In this document: in pieces, positions 25,531 to 39,022 of the stretch
Layout: every line of letters starts with the position of its first letter
Numbering within the stretch: position 1 is the first letter of the stretch
Assembly (NCBI RefSeq): GCF_030144855.1
Contig: NC_082709.1
Span: 38,130,001 to 38,194,000, forward strand
Reading direction: 5' to 3'
From: Hypanus sabinus
Taxonomy: Eukaryota
Length of the DNA stretch: 64,000 nucleotides
Notes under the pieces: generated by a model
The model's input: only the letters and a program-made list of their open reading frames with translations
What the model was told of the DNA's origin: nothing
Databases searched by the model: none
Made by a program: the position numbers and the translations under genes

Positions 25531-26329
25531 TGTAGACTCTGAAAATTGATATCTGTATCTGTAATATTGCTATGGATATGTGTCTTTGAGAAGGCCAAGG
25601 AGATTTTGAAGGACTCTTGATTCCTTCTACTTTTTAAAACTAGTTTAGAAATGGAAAGCATCGGAAAAGTTAACTAAAATTTCATGCACTGATGGTTAAA
25701 AAGGGAGAGAAGAGCTGCTATTGGGTGAATGAGGGTGCAGATATTGACATGAAACTGGAAAAACAATAGGTTTGCTCCAACTCACATTACAAGTGTACAT
25801 TTCATTACTGAAGCAATATTAACAGTAAGGAAGAATTGTATTAATGCTCCTGTTTCCTGACTAGTGAAAAATGACAGAAATTGAGCACTAGATCCACTGA
25901 TAAAATAAAAGCTCAGAAGCAACATTTAAAACATGATTTATCTGAGAACAATTAACAATTACACACTCTTTGATTCCCTGGCCTTTCTCATTGTGCTTTG
26001 ATATGCTTCTGTTTCAGGCAAGAATCGGATATTTCATTTTATTCAGTCTCTAGTCCTAGATAGTCTGCATGACAGGACTTTTGAAAAAGGTTCTCCACAT
26101 TTTCACAATCCCTTCTATAAACAAGCTGGAAAACTCACATAGATGCTGAGGAACAATGGAAATTGAGATAAAGGAAGGTAATTTCTGCAACCAATCTAAA
26201 ATGTTTTCTTGCTGAGGCTGTTCAGATTACATGTGAAACTCTCCCACATCCAGGACACAACTTCATTGCAAAAACAAAGCACACTTTGTTACTCCTGTAG
26301 CAATTTTCTGCAGCCTTCTAAACACAATC

Positions 26330-27300
26330 ACAGCGCGCAAAAATATTTGGTTATTATAGAATTATATACGGTGGAGAATTATGCTCCACTCATGCCTCCT
26401 CTCACATTTCCTCTTCTAAATTCATCAGCGTACCTCTATTCCCTTTTGTCTCAACTGCTTATTTGACTTGCCTGCAAATGCATCCCTGAGCATTGTCTCT
26501 ATCACACCTCGTAAAACTAAGTTCCACACTCTTACAACTTATTGGATAATAGTTCTTCTGATGTTCCCCATTAGATTACTTAATAACACTTTTTAAAAAA
26601 TGGCCTTTAGTTATGTTCTTACACACAAGTAGCAACCTTCTCAAGAGGAAACAAAAAGATAATTTGTTCTTCCTCACCTTTAAAGCTATTTTTGACATTA
26701 CTTGTAAATTTACTCAAAAGACTCTCCAGCACTACTGTATCATTTTCATAAGATTCGGATCAAAAATGTATACAATACTCTAAGCATGGCCTAATATTGA
26801 GACAAATTTAGAATAACTTCTCTTGCAATTCAATGCCATCCTTCTTGAAATAAACTCCACTGCTGAACTTGATTCTTTAAAAAAAAAACTGACTTAATAA
26901 GCTGTGATGCAGTGATTTATAACTGGTTTACTTGTAACCAAAGAATCTTTGTTACATCAATGATTTTAATACCCATTTCTTCCACTGTCAATCATTATAT
27001 TCACTCCTACTGTCTGTTTTCTCTCTTGAAGTCATCCACAGTTCATTATCTACTGACTGCTCATTCTGGAATCCTATTCATTGGTATCTTATAGAGGTAC
27101 TTTATAGAAGGTCTTTTGAAAATGATTATCAACTGCAACTTCATATTGCCATTAACTACTTTCACCCCTTCAAAAAAAAATCCAATTAATCAAGCAAGGA
27201 TTTTTGTAATCTATTCTATTTATTATAATACTTCCCATCTTTTCTATCATTTCATTGTTCAAATTCCATTATTTTCCAATCACTGACATTATCCTGATTG
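26330..27300 (-). mobile_element. Highly decayed CR1
   Basis: Residual motifs caatactctaagcatggcctaa and gtcttttgaaaat (reverse of DFxKAF-coding DNA). Confidence 0.4.
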
Positions 27301-28829
27301 GTTTTCAATTCCTGGACATGTTCAATCCATCTTTTATTAGATATTATATTAGTTCTGGCTTTTCCTCTTTTTCTGAGAAGTTATTTGATGTGTTGTAACA
27401 CCTCTGGAATCTCTTTCCTACTAGTTTCTCAAGACGTGAATATTTGCATTATTGCAATGAATCCAATCACTAACCAATTCAGTGCAAATAAAACCTTGTA
27501 ATCAACTCCTGTCACGATTCTCACAAATTAAATGAATTACAGAAAAATTATGAAAAACAATACAATGATAGTCATATGACATCTTGCCATATCTAGTTGG
27601 ATGTCAAAAACTTCTGGGCAAGCCTCAAAATCAGTGTGAAAAGAACAAAGTTTCATTAATAATGACAATACAACAGGACATTAAACCAGAGCCAACTCCT
27701 AATACAAAAATACTATACCATCTCCTTATTTTTCTGTAAGCCCACTAGCCAGTCTCCAACATGCCCATCCATTTACCTTTAATTGTTTTGCTACAGATCT
27801 ATACTAAGGTAGAATTTAACTTACAGTAGCCAATGAAGCTACTGGCATGTAACATGTACAAAAAGTACCCAATAAAACTCATAAGGAAACAAAGGGAATG
27901 GGTAGAGTTTACTCTAGTGGAACAATTCTTTCCTTGTAGGTTCTTTGACTCTAAATATTAATTCTCATCTCTTTCCACAGGTGCTGACTGTCCTTCTGAG
28001 CATTTTCTGCATATTATTCTTTTATTGTAAATTTCCCATGTTACAGAGTGTTTTTTTTTAATTTATTTAATTTGCTTTTGGGCTTGTGCCACTGCTATTC
28101 ACAGCTTTGGGGACCAGTTTCGATCCTGAGATGGGAAACTTAATGGAGTTTACTTCTGAATATTTCCAGCATTTTCTAATTTTATTCCTCAGCAGATATA
28201 GTGCAGCTTGGGTTTCCCCACTAGTTAATACAAATTATTTCTTAATTTGAGTGAAATTGGCATAACCAGCACAAAAGGTTGTAAAAATTTAACAGAAGTT
28301 TTATCCTGCCTATCTCATTTTGATGACACAATCTTTTACATTAATTTAAGAAAATGGGTGTTTGAAGCAGTTCCACCAACAAAATTGGATACATTCCAAG
28401 ATAAAATGATTTCCATCATGCTTTCAAGGAGTTTCCAAAAATTAAGACAGCTTTCTGGGGCAGAGAAAAACAGCAGGCTTGCAAAAAAAAACCTTGGTAT
28501 TACAACTCCAATAATATGAAGAAATGCATCAGTTAAATTGGTAATTAAAATCTTCTTACTTGTAAGCAATTGGTATGTGTGACTTAAAACACTTGTTTTG
28601 TGATAAATCAGTTTCCAATTAAAATGATCAACTGGTATCAAAACTGCACTCATATGTATTATGGAATATTTTTAAAGCAACTTAATTGAACAGTTATTGA
28701 ACACTGAGGCAACTATGCAACAGGATTTAATTACAGTTTATTGGTTTATGGTTCCTCTCTGCGTATGGTATGCCAGTGTATGAAGACACCTGGAGATATT
28801 AAATGACATCCAAAAGCTTGTGCAACTCA

Positions 28830-29340
28830 TTAGAATATCGCAGACCAAAGTGCCCATTTAAACAAGACCCATTTGCCCACATATCGTAAACCTTCCCTGT
28901 CCATGTGTTTATCCAACTGCCTTTTTAATATTGTTATTGCACCCCTGTTAACCACCTTTACCAGCAGTTATTTCCATAAATGTACCATCATCTGCATAAC
29001 TAATTTATCTCAGCTCCATTTTTAATGTTCTCTTTTCACCTTAAATCAACACTCTTGGTTTTGTGTCCCCTTAAATGGAGAAAAGCCCATGTACCTACCC
29101 TGTCTTTGTCACTCATCATGTTATACATGTCTAAGGGCACTCCTCCATCTCCTACATGCCAAGGAATGAAATCTCAGTGTACCTAACCTCCCTCTATAAC
29201 TCAGACCCTCCAGTTCCTTCTATTTCTCATCAATCTTCTTTCCAGCTTAATGACATTTTTTCCTGTAACAAAGGGACCAAAATTGTACATAATACTCCAA
29301 GTGCAGCCTAGCCAGCTTCTTGTACAATTGCAAACATCCC
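28830..29340 (-). mobile_element. CR1 3' fragment
   Basis: gaccaaaattgtacataatactccaagtg is the reverse of HLEYYVQFW-coding DNA. Confidence 0.65.
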
Positions 29341-29852
29341 TTAAGTGCAGTGCTCCAATTTAAAACCTACCTCCTGCCCTGGTCCAATCACCACTTTCTC
29401 ATTCCCTGCCCCCAATTTTCAATTCACTCTTCCCTCCACAGCCATCACAGACCAGCCCACTCTGGCTGTTTTAACCCCGAGCTTGATACATTATGGAACT
29501 CTACATCAGCAGGACCTCACACAAGTTACCTGCCAGTCTGCCAAACAATGTGCTCTTCCAAGTGCAAAAGAATTTCATTATTTATTTTGTGTGTGTTTTT
29601 TTTAAAAAGGTACTATATTGAACTGATATGCAGCAGACTGAGTGTTGGCTCATGTGAACAAGAGCTTGAGCAGAAACTGACAGTTAAGAAGCAAATCGGC
29701 AAGCATGCAATTTTGAAAACTATTTAAGTCAGCAAGAAGAACTTCAAAACTAAAATCAAACAGGAAATAAAACTAGCAATTTTTCCAATGTACTTAGCAG
29801 CTTTGCTCAATTCAAATGGAGTCAAACTTCAGAAGCAGGGTACACCATGCAG

Positions 29853-29902
29853 TTGGGATGTTGCTCGGATTTCCAGCATCTGCAGATTTGCTCTTGTTTG
29901 GG
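29853..29902 (+). mobile_element. 50-bp PLE tail micro-insertion
   Basis: tgttgctcggatttccagcatctgcagatttgctcttgtttg; 9-bp TSD ACCATGCAG (29844-29852, 29903-29911). Confidence 0.65.
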
Positions 29903-30494
29903 ACCATGCAGCTGCTGCTGTCCTGAGATTCAGAAAATCCAAAACCATTTGCTCTCTATAATAATGGAGCTTAAATGTCCAGTTCAATCAACAGGCAGAA
30001 CTCAATTCTCCTCTGCAGTTTAGTAGCACCACGATCACTCTGCACAAAAGCGCACCTTGTTTTTCTTTCCTGTTCCAATTGTTTGTTTCTTGTAAAAAAA
30101 ATGTTTAACTTATGTTTTTTTCTTGTGAATGCTGCTTATATGATGTCTATTGATGTTGCTGTGATTAAGTTTTTCATTGCACTTATTCACACGTGTACTT
30201 GTGCACATGACAGTAAACTCAACTTTGTCTTCAAGATGACGCAATAGTGCACAAGGAATCCATTAAATATCTGGCATCAAAGAGAAGTGAAGAACAGAGA
30301 ATGAAGGGCTTTGAGCAAGATTTGTGAGACATCCAAGGTACCATGTCAGTATTAGTTCACTGCACATATCTGCTAAAATACATACAAATTTAATACAATT
30401 TGCCATATTAGATTGACTTTGATTAGCTAACAAATGTAGGGAGAGTTAAGTATGTGATAGTTTCATTTTCTCAATACATTACATGCTTGGATCA

Positions 30495-31502
30495 ACACAC
30501 ACAAAATGCCAGAGGAACTCAATAGGTCAGTCAGCATCTATGGAAATGAATAAACCATCAATTTTTCAGGCCAAGACTAGAAAGGAAGAGGGAAGGTGCT
30601 AGAATAAGGTGGGAAGAGGGAAGGAGGACAAGCTAGAAAGTGGCAGGTGAAGCCAGGTGAGGAGATGTGGGGAAGGGAGAATGAAGTGAGAAGCTGGAGG
30701 TAATAGGTGGAAGAGTTGGAGAAGGAGAAACATGAAGGAAGTGGAGACTGGGCCGTGGGAGAAACAGAAGGGGAAGCTGATAGGTGGGCGAGGAGAAAAT
30801 GTAGAAGCCAACATGGGAAACTGAAGAGGGGAGGGGTAGAGGAAAAATATTTTCAGGAGGAGTTACTGATGTTCATGCTGGAGGCTACCAAGGTGAAATA
30901 CAAGGTGTTGCTCCTCCAACCTGAGAGTGGCCTCATTGTAGCAGAAGAGGCGGCCATGGACTGACATGTCAGAATCAGAATGGGGATAGGAATTAAAATA
31001 GTTGGCCACCAGGAAATCTTGCTTCTTGTGGACAGAGTGGAGGTGCTTGACAAAGCAGTCCCCCAATCTATGTCAGGTCTCACCAGTGTAGAAGAGGTCA
31101 CCGGATTCAAATCCTCAATCTGGCCTCCTACCTCTTCTCCTCACCTGCCTTCACCTCCACGTGCCCCTCCTCCTTCACTTTCTCCCATGGCCCACAGTCC
31201 TTTATCAGACTCCTCCTTCTCCAGTCCTTCACCACCCATCAGTTGCAGCCTTCAACTTCATCGTCCTCCCCCACCCACCTGGCTTCAACAATTACTGTTT
31301 ACCTTGTCCTACTTCCCTTCCTCCTACCTTCTTATTCTGGCACCTTCCCCCTTCCTTTCCAGTCCCGATGAAAGGTCACATTTTCAGTCGTAATGAAAAG
31401 TCAGCTGTTTATTGATTTCCATTGATGCTGCCTCACCTATTGAGTTCCTCTGGCATTTTGTGTTGCTCTGGATTTCTAGCACCTGTAGAAACTCGTGACA
31501 CG
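30495..31502. mobile_element. PLE 3' part (minus) fused at about 31105 to an inverted terminal repeat (plus)
   Basis: ORF 30863-31066 GDCFVKHLHSV..VANYFNS..LEEQHLVFHLGSLQ; TSD-like ACATGCTTGGATCA / ACATGTCTGGATCA (30481-30494, 31503-31516). Confidence 0.85.
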
Positions 31503-32089
31503 ACATGTCTGGATCAGGTCGATTCCACAATATTCTTTAGATTTTACACCTTTTAAAAACTAAATATTGCCTACAAACTTAATTGCAGGCCTCTGATTTA
31601 AAAAACTTAAAAAGTGAACAAAATAATGATCATTCAACAGGAATCTACAGTGAGCAATTATTTTATTGAAAAGGTTTGGCCATTTTTTCCCTACATATTT
31701 TGCAATTATTATGATTATATTTGGTTTCAAAGTTTATTGGTGATACAATATAATACTCTTATAAAAAGTGAAAGGCCTACTAGGGAAATAAAACATTTTG
31801 GTCTGATCTTTTCTATGCAGAATCTGAAATAATAGATTCCACCTTGACTTTCTACTTAACTGCAAACAGCTGTACTCAGCTGTTCCTTTCTCCTGACACG
31901 GCACAAGATAGTCCGCACTTTATACATTTTCAAGCGAAGGACTGAATTCTGCAAAGTACAAAAGAAAATACTTGTTCTTGTAAAAGGTCAGAATATACAG
32001 TTTTGCAACAGAATCAATAAATCAGAGTTAGTCAGCATGAGAGGAAGGAAAACTTATCTAAAATGGCATAAAATTCAGTGAAATTTCCA

Positions 32090-32447
32090 GAAGGAGCTGA
32101 AGTCTGGTTCTTGGGCAAGGTTTAATCAATGTGTTTGGTGGATTGAGCTCTTGCTCATGTTATGATGTGTTTCTGGTCTCTGTTCATTTCTTCTTTTGTT
32201 GCTATTTTGGGCAATTTTGAACCAGGGCAGCCTGCAAGTAATGAACACTCAACTGAACATGCTTGGACTCTTCCGTTTTTCACTAGCTTTTGTGTTGCCA
32301 TTTGCACAATTTGCCTTTTTTTGGCTCACATATCAGGGAGTGTTTCTTTGAATGAGTCACATGGTTTTATTTGTTTCGTGGGGAAGATAAATCTCAGGGT
32401 TGTATACTGCATGTATGCTTTGATAATAATTGTACTTTGAATCTTTG
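32090..32447 (+). mobile_element. Non-coding element with Rex1-like 3' tail
   Basis: Ends in aatctcagggttgtat..ctttgataataa..tactttgaa, as do 19290-19345 and 60640-60702. Confidence 0.45.
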
Positions 32448-32838
32448 TATTAAAAATAATTTAACTTTGAACTTTTCAGTTATTTATTTAATTATCATTG
32501 TGCAGTAGCTTCCTTTATTTAAGTATGATTGGTAAGTTTTCAAATAAGGGACAGCTGCTGGAGAATCAAATACAGGCATTTGTATATAAATACACCAAAT
32601 CCCTGTAAGTATTTCATGCCAGTGGAGTTTTTAGCATCCACACATGATGTGATTGCTGAGTTAATGTATTCTCATCATGCTATTGACCATGCAATACCAT
32701 TTGCAGAGGAGTCTACAGAATCACAGGCCTAAATCATGATTTGAGGATCTGTTATCAATGCTCACATAGTAGTTGTGGAACTGATAAAGTCCAATTTCTA
32801 AGATTATAGGCATGGGCATCTTCAATAAATTGAAAGGA

Positions 32839-32908
32839 TACTCAGTAGCTACTTTATTAGGTATACCTGCTTATTAGTGCAAATAACTAATCAGTAAATC
32901 GTGTGGCA
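32839..32908 (+). mobile_element. Tc1-like terminal fragment
   Basis: ta-ctcagtagctactttattaggtatacctg resembles a common fish Tc1 terminus. Confidence 0.4.
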
Positions 32909-33601
32909 CCAAGGGTGTGGACTTGGGAAACTAACACAAGGCAAGAAAATACACAGTAAAAGCAGAAATTATAGAAAAGCAAAAGACAAAAATACAGATA
33001 CAAATGAGTTCATGCCTGCATATTCTTGAAGGTAACAGGCCAGAATAATAAAATAGTTAAGACAATTAAAAGTCTTTGAATTAAAGGTCAATGAACAGAA
33101 GGGATAGAAGGGAAGTAACTACACAGAACATTTGTTAAGCTGCAGTTAGATTACTCCACATAGTTCCGATGACCAAATCATGGAAAAAAACACAGCAATA
33201 TTACAAAGGCTGCAAAGACATGGGGATGTCCCAAGACCAGGATTGGATTGGATAGGCTAGAGTTGTTTTCTTCAGAACAGTGCAAGCTGAAGGAAAATAA
33301 ATTCATTAGAGGCAAAGTCTAAATAGAATTTGCTGATCCTCTTAACTGTGAGACAATAACTGGGAGAAAATATAAAACATAATTCATAGAAAATAAAAGA
33401 GTTGGTAGATAATTATTTCACTCATAATTCCTCCAAAAAAAATGCTGGAGGAAGCACCCATCAGATTTAATAAGTGTGTGGCTAGTCAAATGAACTGATG
33501 TACTATGATCTGCAGAGTTATGGGAAGTGGAAATAGACTCAACAACTCTTTACCCAGCAGCATAAGATAAATCAAATGGTCTCTTTCAGTGCCATAAATA
33601 C

Positions 33602-33658
33602 CTAAAACTGTACAACTATTTCCTTAAATCTCTAAAACTGTACAACTATTTCCTTAAA
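33602..33658. repeat. Perfect 27-bp tandem duplication (period 30)
   Basis: ctaaaactgtacaactatttccttaaa at 33602-33628 and 33632-33658. Confidence 0.95.
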
Positions 33659-36439
33659 GGCAGGATCTTTTATCATCTAGAAGCCACATTAAACAGCTGC
33701 TCTCAATTTTCCATATCCCTATTTCACCATAGAACCTAGAAGTGTATATTCCAATACTCTTAAGAATAGTCTAGCCATTGTTCAAAATCCAATGAAAGTG
33801 TTATATCTTCTCATTTTTAAAAAAAATTCCGTTCCTCAGAAAAATAACACCCATTGTCTGTAGTTTAATGGGCTTATATGACTATTTTTATTGAGTTATG
33901 CATCCAAACCCTTTAAATACTTTCATCCTTATGTCAAAAGTGTACTGCCTCTGATTGAGGTTTAACAATAATATGCCTTTCTATAGTTTTAATAATGAAC
34001 TTCCATGTGTTATTGTTATTAACTATGCCACCCATTTTAGTATTGTGTGCTCATTAAAATTCTACTTTACTAATGTTTGTGGAAATAGCGAACAACTGTA
34101 GATATGTCACCAATTGTTGTGTAACTCTGCTTCTCGTCATGTCCGAGTAACTACCTTTAATCCATATTGTGCTTTTTGTTTTACAGTCAACTTGCTTTTA
34201 AAAAAAACCCTCTTACTTAAGATAGACATACTTACAATGATACTTACTTACAATGATCAGCACCTCATGAAAATAAAAATAAATCAGCTGTTACATTTTC
34301 CTCATGAAGCCTTTGTAACTATTCACAAAAAAAAAATCAGTAAGGTTTACAAATACGACCTTCCTTCCAGCAGCATCACTGGGACAGATCTTCCGCTGCC
34401 AAGAGGTGACCTGTTCTGACCCTGGGTGTCCGAGTTCCAAGCTCAGTGTAACTGGGTGCAACCCAGGGCTTCCAGAATGATTGCAGACACACAAGGCAAT
34501 TAAAATATTTAACCTAGCTACATTAAGTTAAATAAAATGCTGAGTTTTCTTTCTCCTGATCATTTTGAAGAGTTCATGGTACTTGTCACACGTTTACCTG
34601 GTGCAAGGAATGGATCTACCATCTTGAGAGCTGGGAACTCTGCAGAAGTTACGCTCGGAGACCCAGTATCCAGCAATCGAAACTACCAAACCTCAATCAG
34701 GTGCCCATTTACAGGCATAGAGTTGATAGACCTATGGGGAATCTCAACAGATACCAATCTGGTTACATTTTCTACGACTAGCAATTTAATCATCTTCACG
34801 CACTTTGTTGTTACCTTAAAAGGCAGCATAGTGACCTGATGTTCACAAGAGCTTCCATGACCATGTAATTTTTCTCAGGCACAATCCAGAACAAGAGGTG
34901 CGGCTACAATTTTTAACTAAAGGCATATTAGAGTCAAGCATTCATCATGCACAGCCACAATCTGCTTTCTTTCTGTTTTACAGAACATAACACTGTAAAA
35001 CATGTTCCAAAAGCAAAAATCAAATCTAAATCTGTTGGGAATTTCTGACTCCAATTTATTGGCTGGCATTTATCTTCCATATGTCTCCACTCCCCATGTT
35101 CCGTTCTGTTTCTTGGGCCACGATGCAACAACATTTTATTTCTCCTCTTTCCCATTGCCAAAATGTATCTTAATAAACTTTGTGGCTGGAGAATGAGAAC
35201 ATTTTACCATCTGGAAATTATAGGCCTTTGCATATGCTGACTAGATTTGTTCCCATAAATACCCTTGAGGCTTATGTATTTAAAGTGCCATAAAACTAAA
35301 ATGAAATTCTCAATTTTCCCCAAAAGATCACTTATGATCATTCCACCCAAGGATCCCCCCACCCCTCCCCCCCCCCCCCACCCAGTTTTAGTATGTTTGG
35401 TTCACAATGTATTTTTGGATGTCTATTTCTCAAAATTAAAGTAGTAACAGATGAGATAAATGTAGGGATAAAAAAATGAAACAGATTAAACGCCAGAATA
35501 TTTTTAAATAACCTTTCAGTTCAAGTAACATTCATCTTTATGAACCCACATTGACCAGACAATTCATGCACTGCAGACTGTTTAGACAACCCTGACAGTA
35601 TTGCTGACAGGGTAGAATATCCCTAGTACCTGGCTAGAGTCCAGTAGAGATGACGTCAATGTAACATCAAATCCAAAATACACATTATTCTGTCAAATAA
35701 GAAGTGATTTAATCAGAGGTGAAAGGACGCCTGCACTACAGGCAACCCAAAACCCTTCAGCATAATCCGGAATGAAAATTACTATTTCTTTCCTTTCCAA
35801 GCTCCAGAGAGAATATGTCAGACTAGAAAAGGTATGTTATTCATTTAAATGAATAGAAAAAACAGGAAAATTCTCTCACTGGGAAAATGTTTCATTGGTG
35901 GGACACATTTTTCAATCTTCATTATAATTTTGCTTCAACTTCTGTTTGTTGACTTACTGTAAATTATATTGACTTTACCTTCAGTCTTCTTGATGTTCAA
36001 TCCCTGAAGAGATTCAAATTGATTTTACAAACCACAGGCCAAATTTGGCACTTTAGTGTCAAATGAGCATTGGCAACCTTTCATTACATTTACACCAAGA
36101 CACTGATTTTGTGGCCTTTTGCACAGAAAATCTGATCTGCTTATCATCTGAATAGTGGACTATGAAGTCAGAATCCAATGTCAAAATAAAGAGAAATACA
36201 TATAGAAGAAATTCAGAAAACCAGCATCCCTGATTGCCTGTGAGAAAGTGGTAGTGAGCTGTAGTGCTGTTAAACACAATTTATTTTTTATTTGTGAGTG
36301 CTGCCTATATGACGCTACGTGCCAGTGATGCTGCTACAAATAAGGTTCTCATTGCACCTATGCACACATGCCCTTGTGCATATGACTTTTGAGTCACTTC
36401 AACAAGTACCTGCTGTGCATTTTGTAAGTGCCGCACACA

Positions 36440-36900
36440 CTGCAGACAGAGTTTGCCAGTGGAACAGCATCTCATCTTCCATGTTGAACACATAACAGTA
36501 CTCTTGGACAACCAGAAATTACTAACATTTGAAAGGCTCACACACAGACGCCCTTGCCTGCTGCTTTCTCCTTATACCCCCTTCAAAACCACCCATGCTG
36601 GATCCTCCCCATCCCAAATTCGCTTCTCCTTCGGCGTTCTTCACTAAACTCTTACAATACTCATGCGTATTCTCTCAATTCATTCCATCATTCCCCTCTG
36701 TCTTGTACCCCGTCATCTCCCACACATTTCCACCCACTTTCTACATAACACATCCCTCCCTTTCCCCCTGTTGTTCCACTATTTGCTAATGTCTTTTCCA
36801 TCTCACTGCCCCTCCCCCAACACCATGCTACACCCTCCCTTTCCTCTTAGAACCACCTCCCCTATATTCCCCCTCTATTTTCCAGCTGCCAACCTCCAAG
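36440..36900 (+). mobile_element. Decayed PLE 3' part
   Basis: gtggaacagcatctcatcttccatgtt (EQHLIFH motif) followed by a pyrimidine-rich tract. Confidence 0.5.
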
Positions 36901-38130
36901 TCTAGCCTAGACTTCCAAACATCTCCTAAAGAAACCACATGCTTGGTACTTCTGCTGTCAGCGGATCACAGTCTTGCTGTGGCTGCCTTAAAGCCCAGAC
37001 ACTGTCCATAAACCCGACTTTACCAGCTTAGGGAAGGAAAAATGAGGGAGAAGAGAGGTCACTCAATAAGATTGGCAGCCAGGATACATTTGTCCACAAC
37101 ACTATTCTGCTGGATGCTTATCATTGGACAGGATGAAGAGTTATCATTGCTTCCGTCCTGCTCTGCTTTCCAGGCAGAAAAAGGCATTGGATGCCTATGA
37201 TCTCAGGAATGCTAGCAGAAAATTGAAGATACTAACAGAACACCATCTAAGATCAATGCTCAGAGGACGACAGTGTCAAATTTCAGAAAAGGTCTATCAA
37301 CAATGCAGAGCAGAGCAAGGTAAATGAGACGACAAGATTCTTTGATATAGAATCTTCAGATGCAACAGGACGAGATGCAAAAGAGGTGGCATTACAGTCT
37401 TATTCCAGGAGGGATTTATTACTACACAAGGAAGCATATTCTAGATGGCCTGTTGCTCCACGAAACAAAAAAAAGAAATGACTGGTGATAGGACAACAGG
37501 GAATATGTTACACTCAGAATTGGTAAGCATCAAAATTTTCTCTTCAGTGTTCCTGATCCACTGATGAGCATGGTTATAAGCCTCATCGTGATGCTTCTCC
37601 AAATGAACAATCTGGGGAATGTCAAAAGACATGCCTTCTAGCGTTTGAAAGGGCGGTCTTCATTGGTGGCGTTCTTCATTGGTGGCCTATCTTATGCATC
37701 AGCCATAGGGAAAGCAGTAGAACTCCTGAATTTTGAAAACCACATGCCAACACCTCATCTAGGACAATCAGGGAGGACTGATAAATTTTGGTCTTGCTAA
37801 TGATAGCTGGTTCCTGATAATTAATAAAAGCAATAATTGCCAGTGTAGCAAACAATGTTAGTTTTCAAGAATCAGTCAGTATCCTTTCTTCAGTTCTGAA
37901 AGGAAGTCAGAGAAACTAGAGCACCAGTAGATACATGAATTAAGGCATCTCTCAGCATCCCAAGAGCATAATTTGGAACCTGCAGCCGTACATGAGCCAC
38001 TCTCCAACAGAATGAAAGCTCTTTTAATTCACAATGACATCAAGGGGTTGAAAGCTCATGTGAGAAAGCACGTGGAAGCATAATGATCTGAGGAAAATGA
38101 TCTCTAAATAACCTAGACTGCTGATGGTCA

Positions 38131-38230
38131 TCAGTCCTGATGATGGGTCTCAGCACGAAACATTGATTGTTTACTGTTTTCCATAGATGCTACCTGACCT
38201 GCTGAGTCGCTCCAACACTTTGTGTGTGTT
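38131..38230 (+). mobile_element. Solo PLE terminal repeat with partly decayed hammerhead
   Basis: cagtc-CTGATGA-tgggtctcagcac-GAAAC-attgattg then atagatgctacctgacctgctgag. Confidence 0.72.
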
Positions 38231-39022
38231 CCAAAATAAACTTGCATGACTCAATGAATTGAAAAACCCTAAAATTCATCTTTTTCCCCAACATCAATTG
38301 CTGATTTGTTTGATAAAAACACAAGTGTGATTGGGAGATTCTAGATTGGAATTATGACACTGAATGACAGACTGGTTTAACCATGTGAAAATGTAAGCCC
38401 TAGTTTAGAGAATTAATGCTTTGAAAGATTGGTCCTGACGAGAATCAGCTCCTCCCTAAGCAAGGACCTGGAACCACTGCAGTTTGCCTACAGTCACAGT
38501 AGCTCTATGGTGGACTTGATCTCACTGGGTTTCCCCTCTGCTTCGGAACACCTAAACAGCAAAAGATACATCAGGTTGGTGTGTAATCAAATACAACCCA
38601 TCATCCACTCATTACTAATAAACAAGCTTCAAAACCTGGACCTCTGGACCTTCCTCTGCAACAGGATTCCCTGCTTCCCTATCGGGAAACCACCATCAAT
38701 GCTGATTGGTAATCCCTCCTCACTTACAATCAACACAAGAACAGCTCAGGGATGTGTGCTTCGCCTGATGCTCTACTCTCTCTCTCTCTCTACATCCACG
38801 CCTGTGTGGCTGGGCATAGCTCAAATGCCATCTATACATGTGCCAATCACCATTGTTGGCAGAAGCACAGATACCGAGAAGGACGTGTTCAGGAGAAAGA
38901 TGGATTGTCTGGTTGAATGGTGTCAAAACAACCTCACGCTCAACATTAATAAAACCAAAAGAGTGATTATAAACCTTAGGAAGGGGAAGTCAGGGGAACA
39001 TACACCAGTCCTCATTTGAGGA

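Noticed and set aside
28247-28653. Overlapping 90- and 105-aa ORFs in unique sequence
   Set aside because: No recognisable domain, TIR or splice support.
37647-37686. tcttcattggtggc repeated twice
   Set aside because: Ordinary short slippage duplication.
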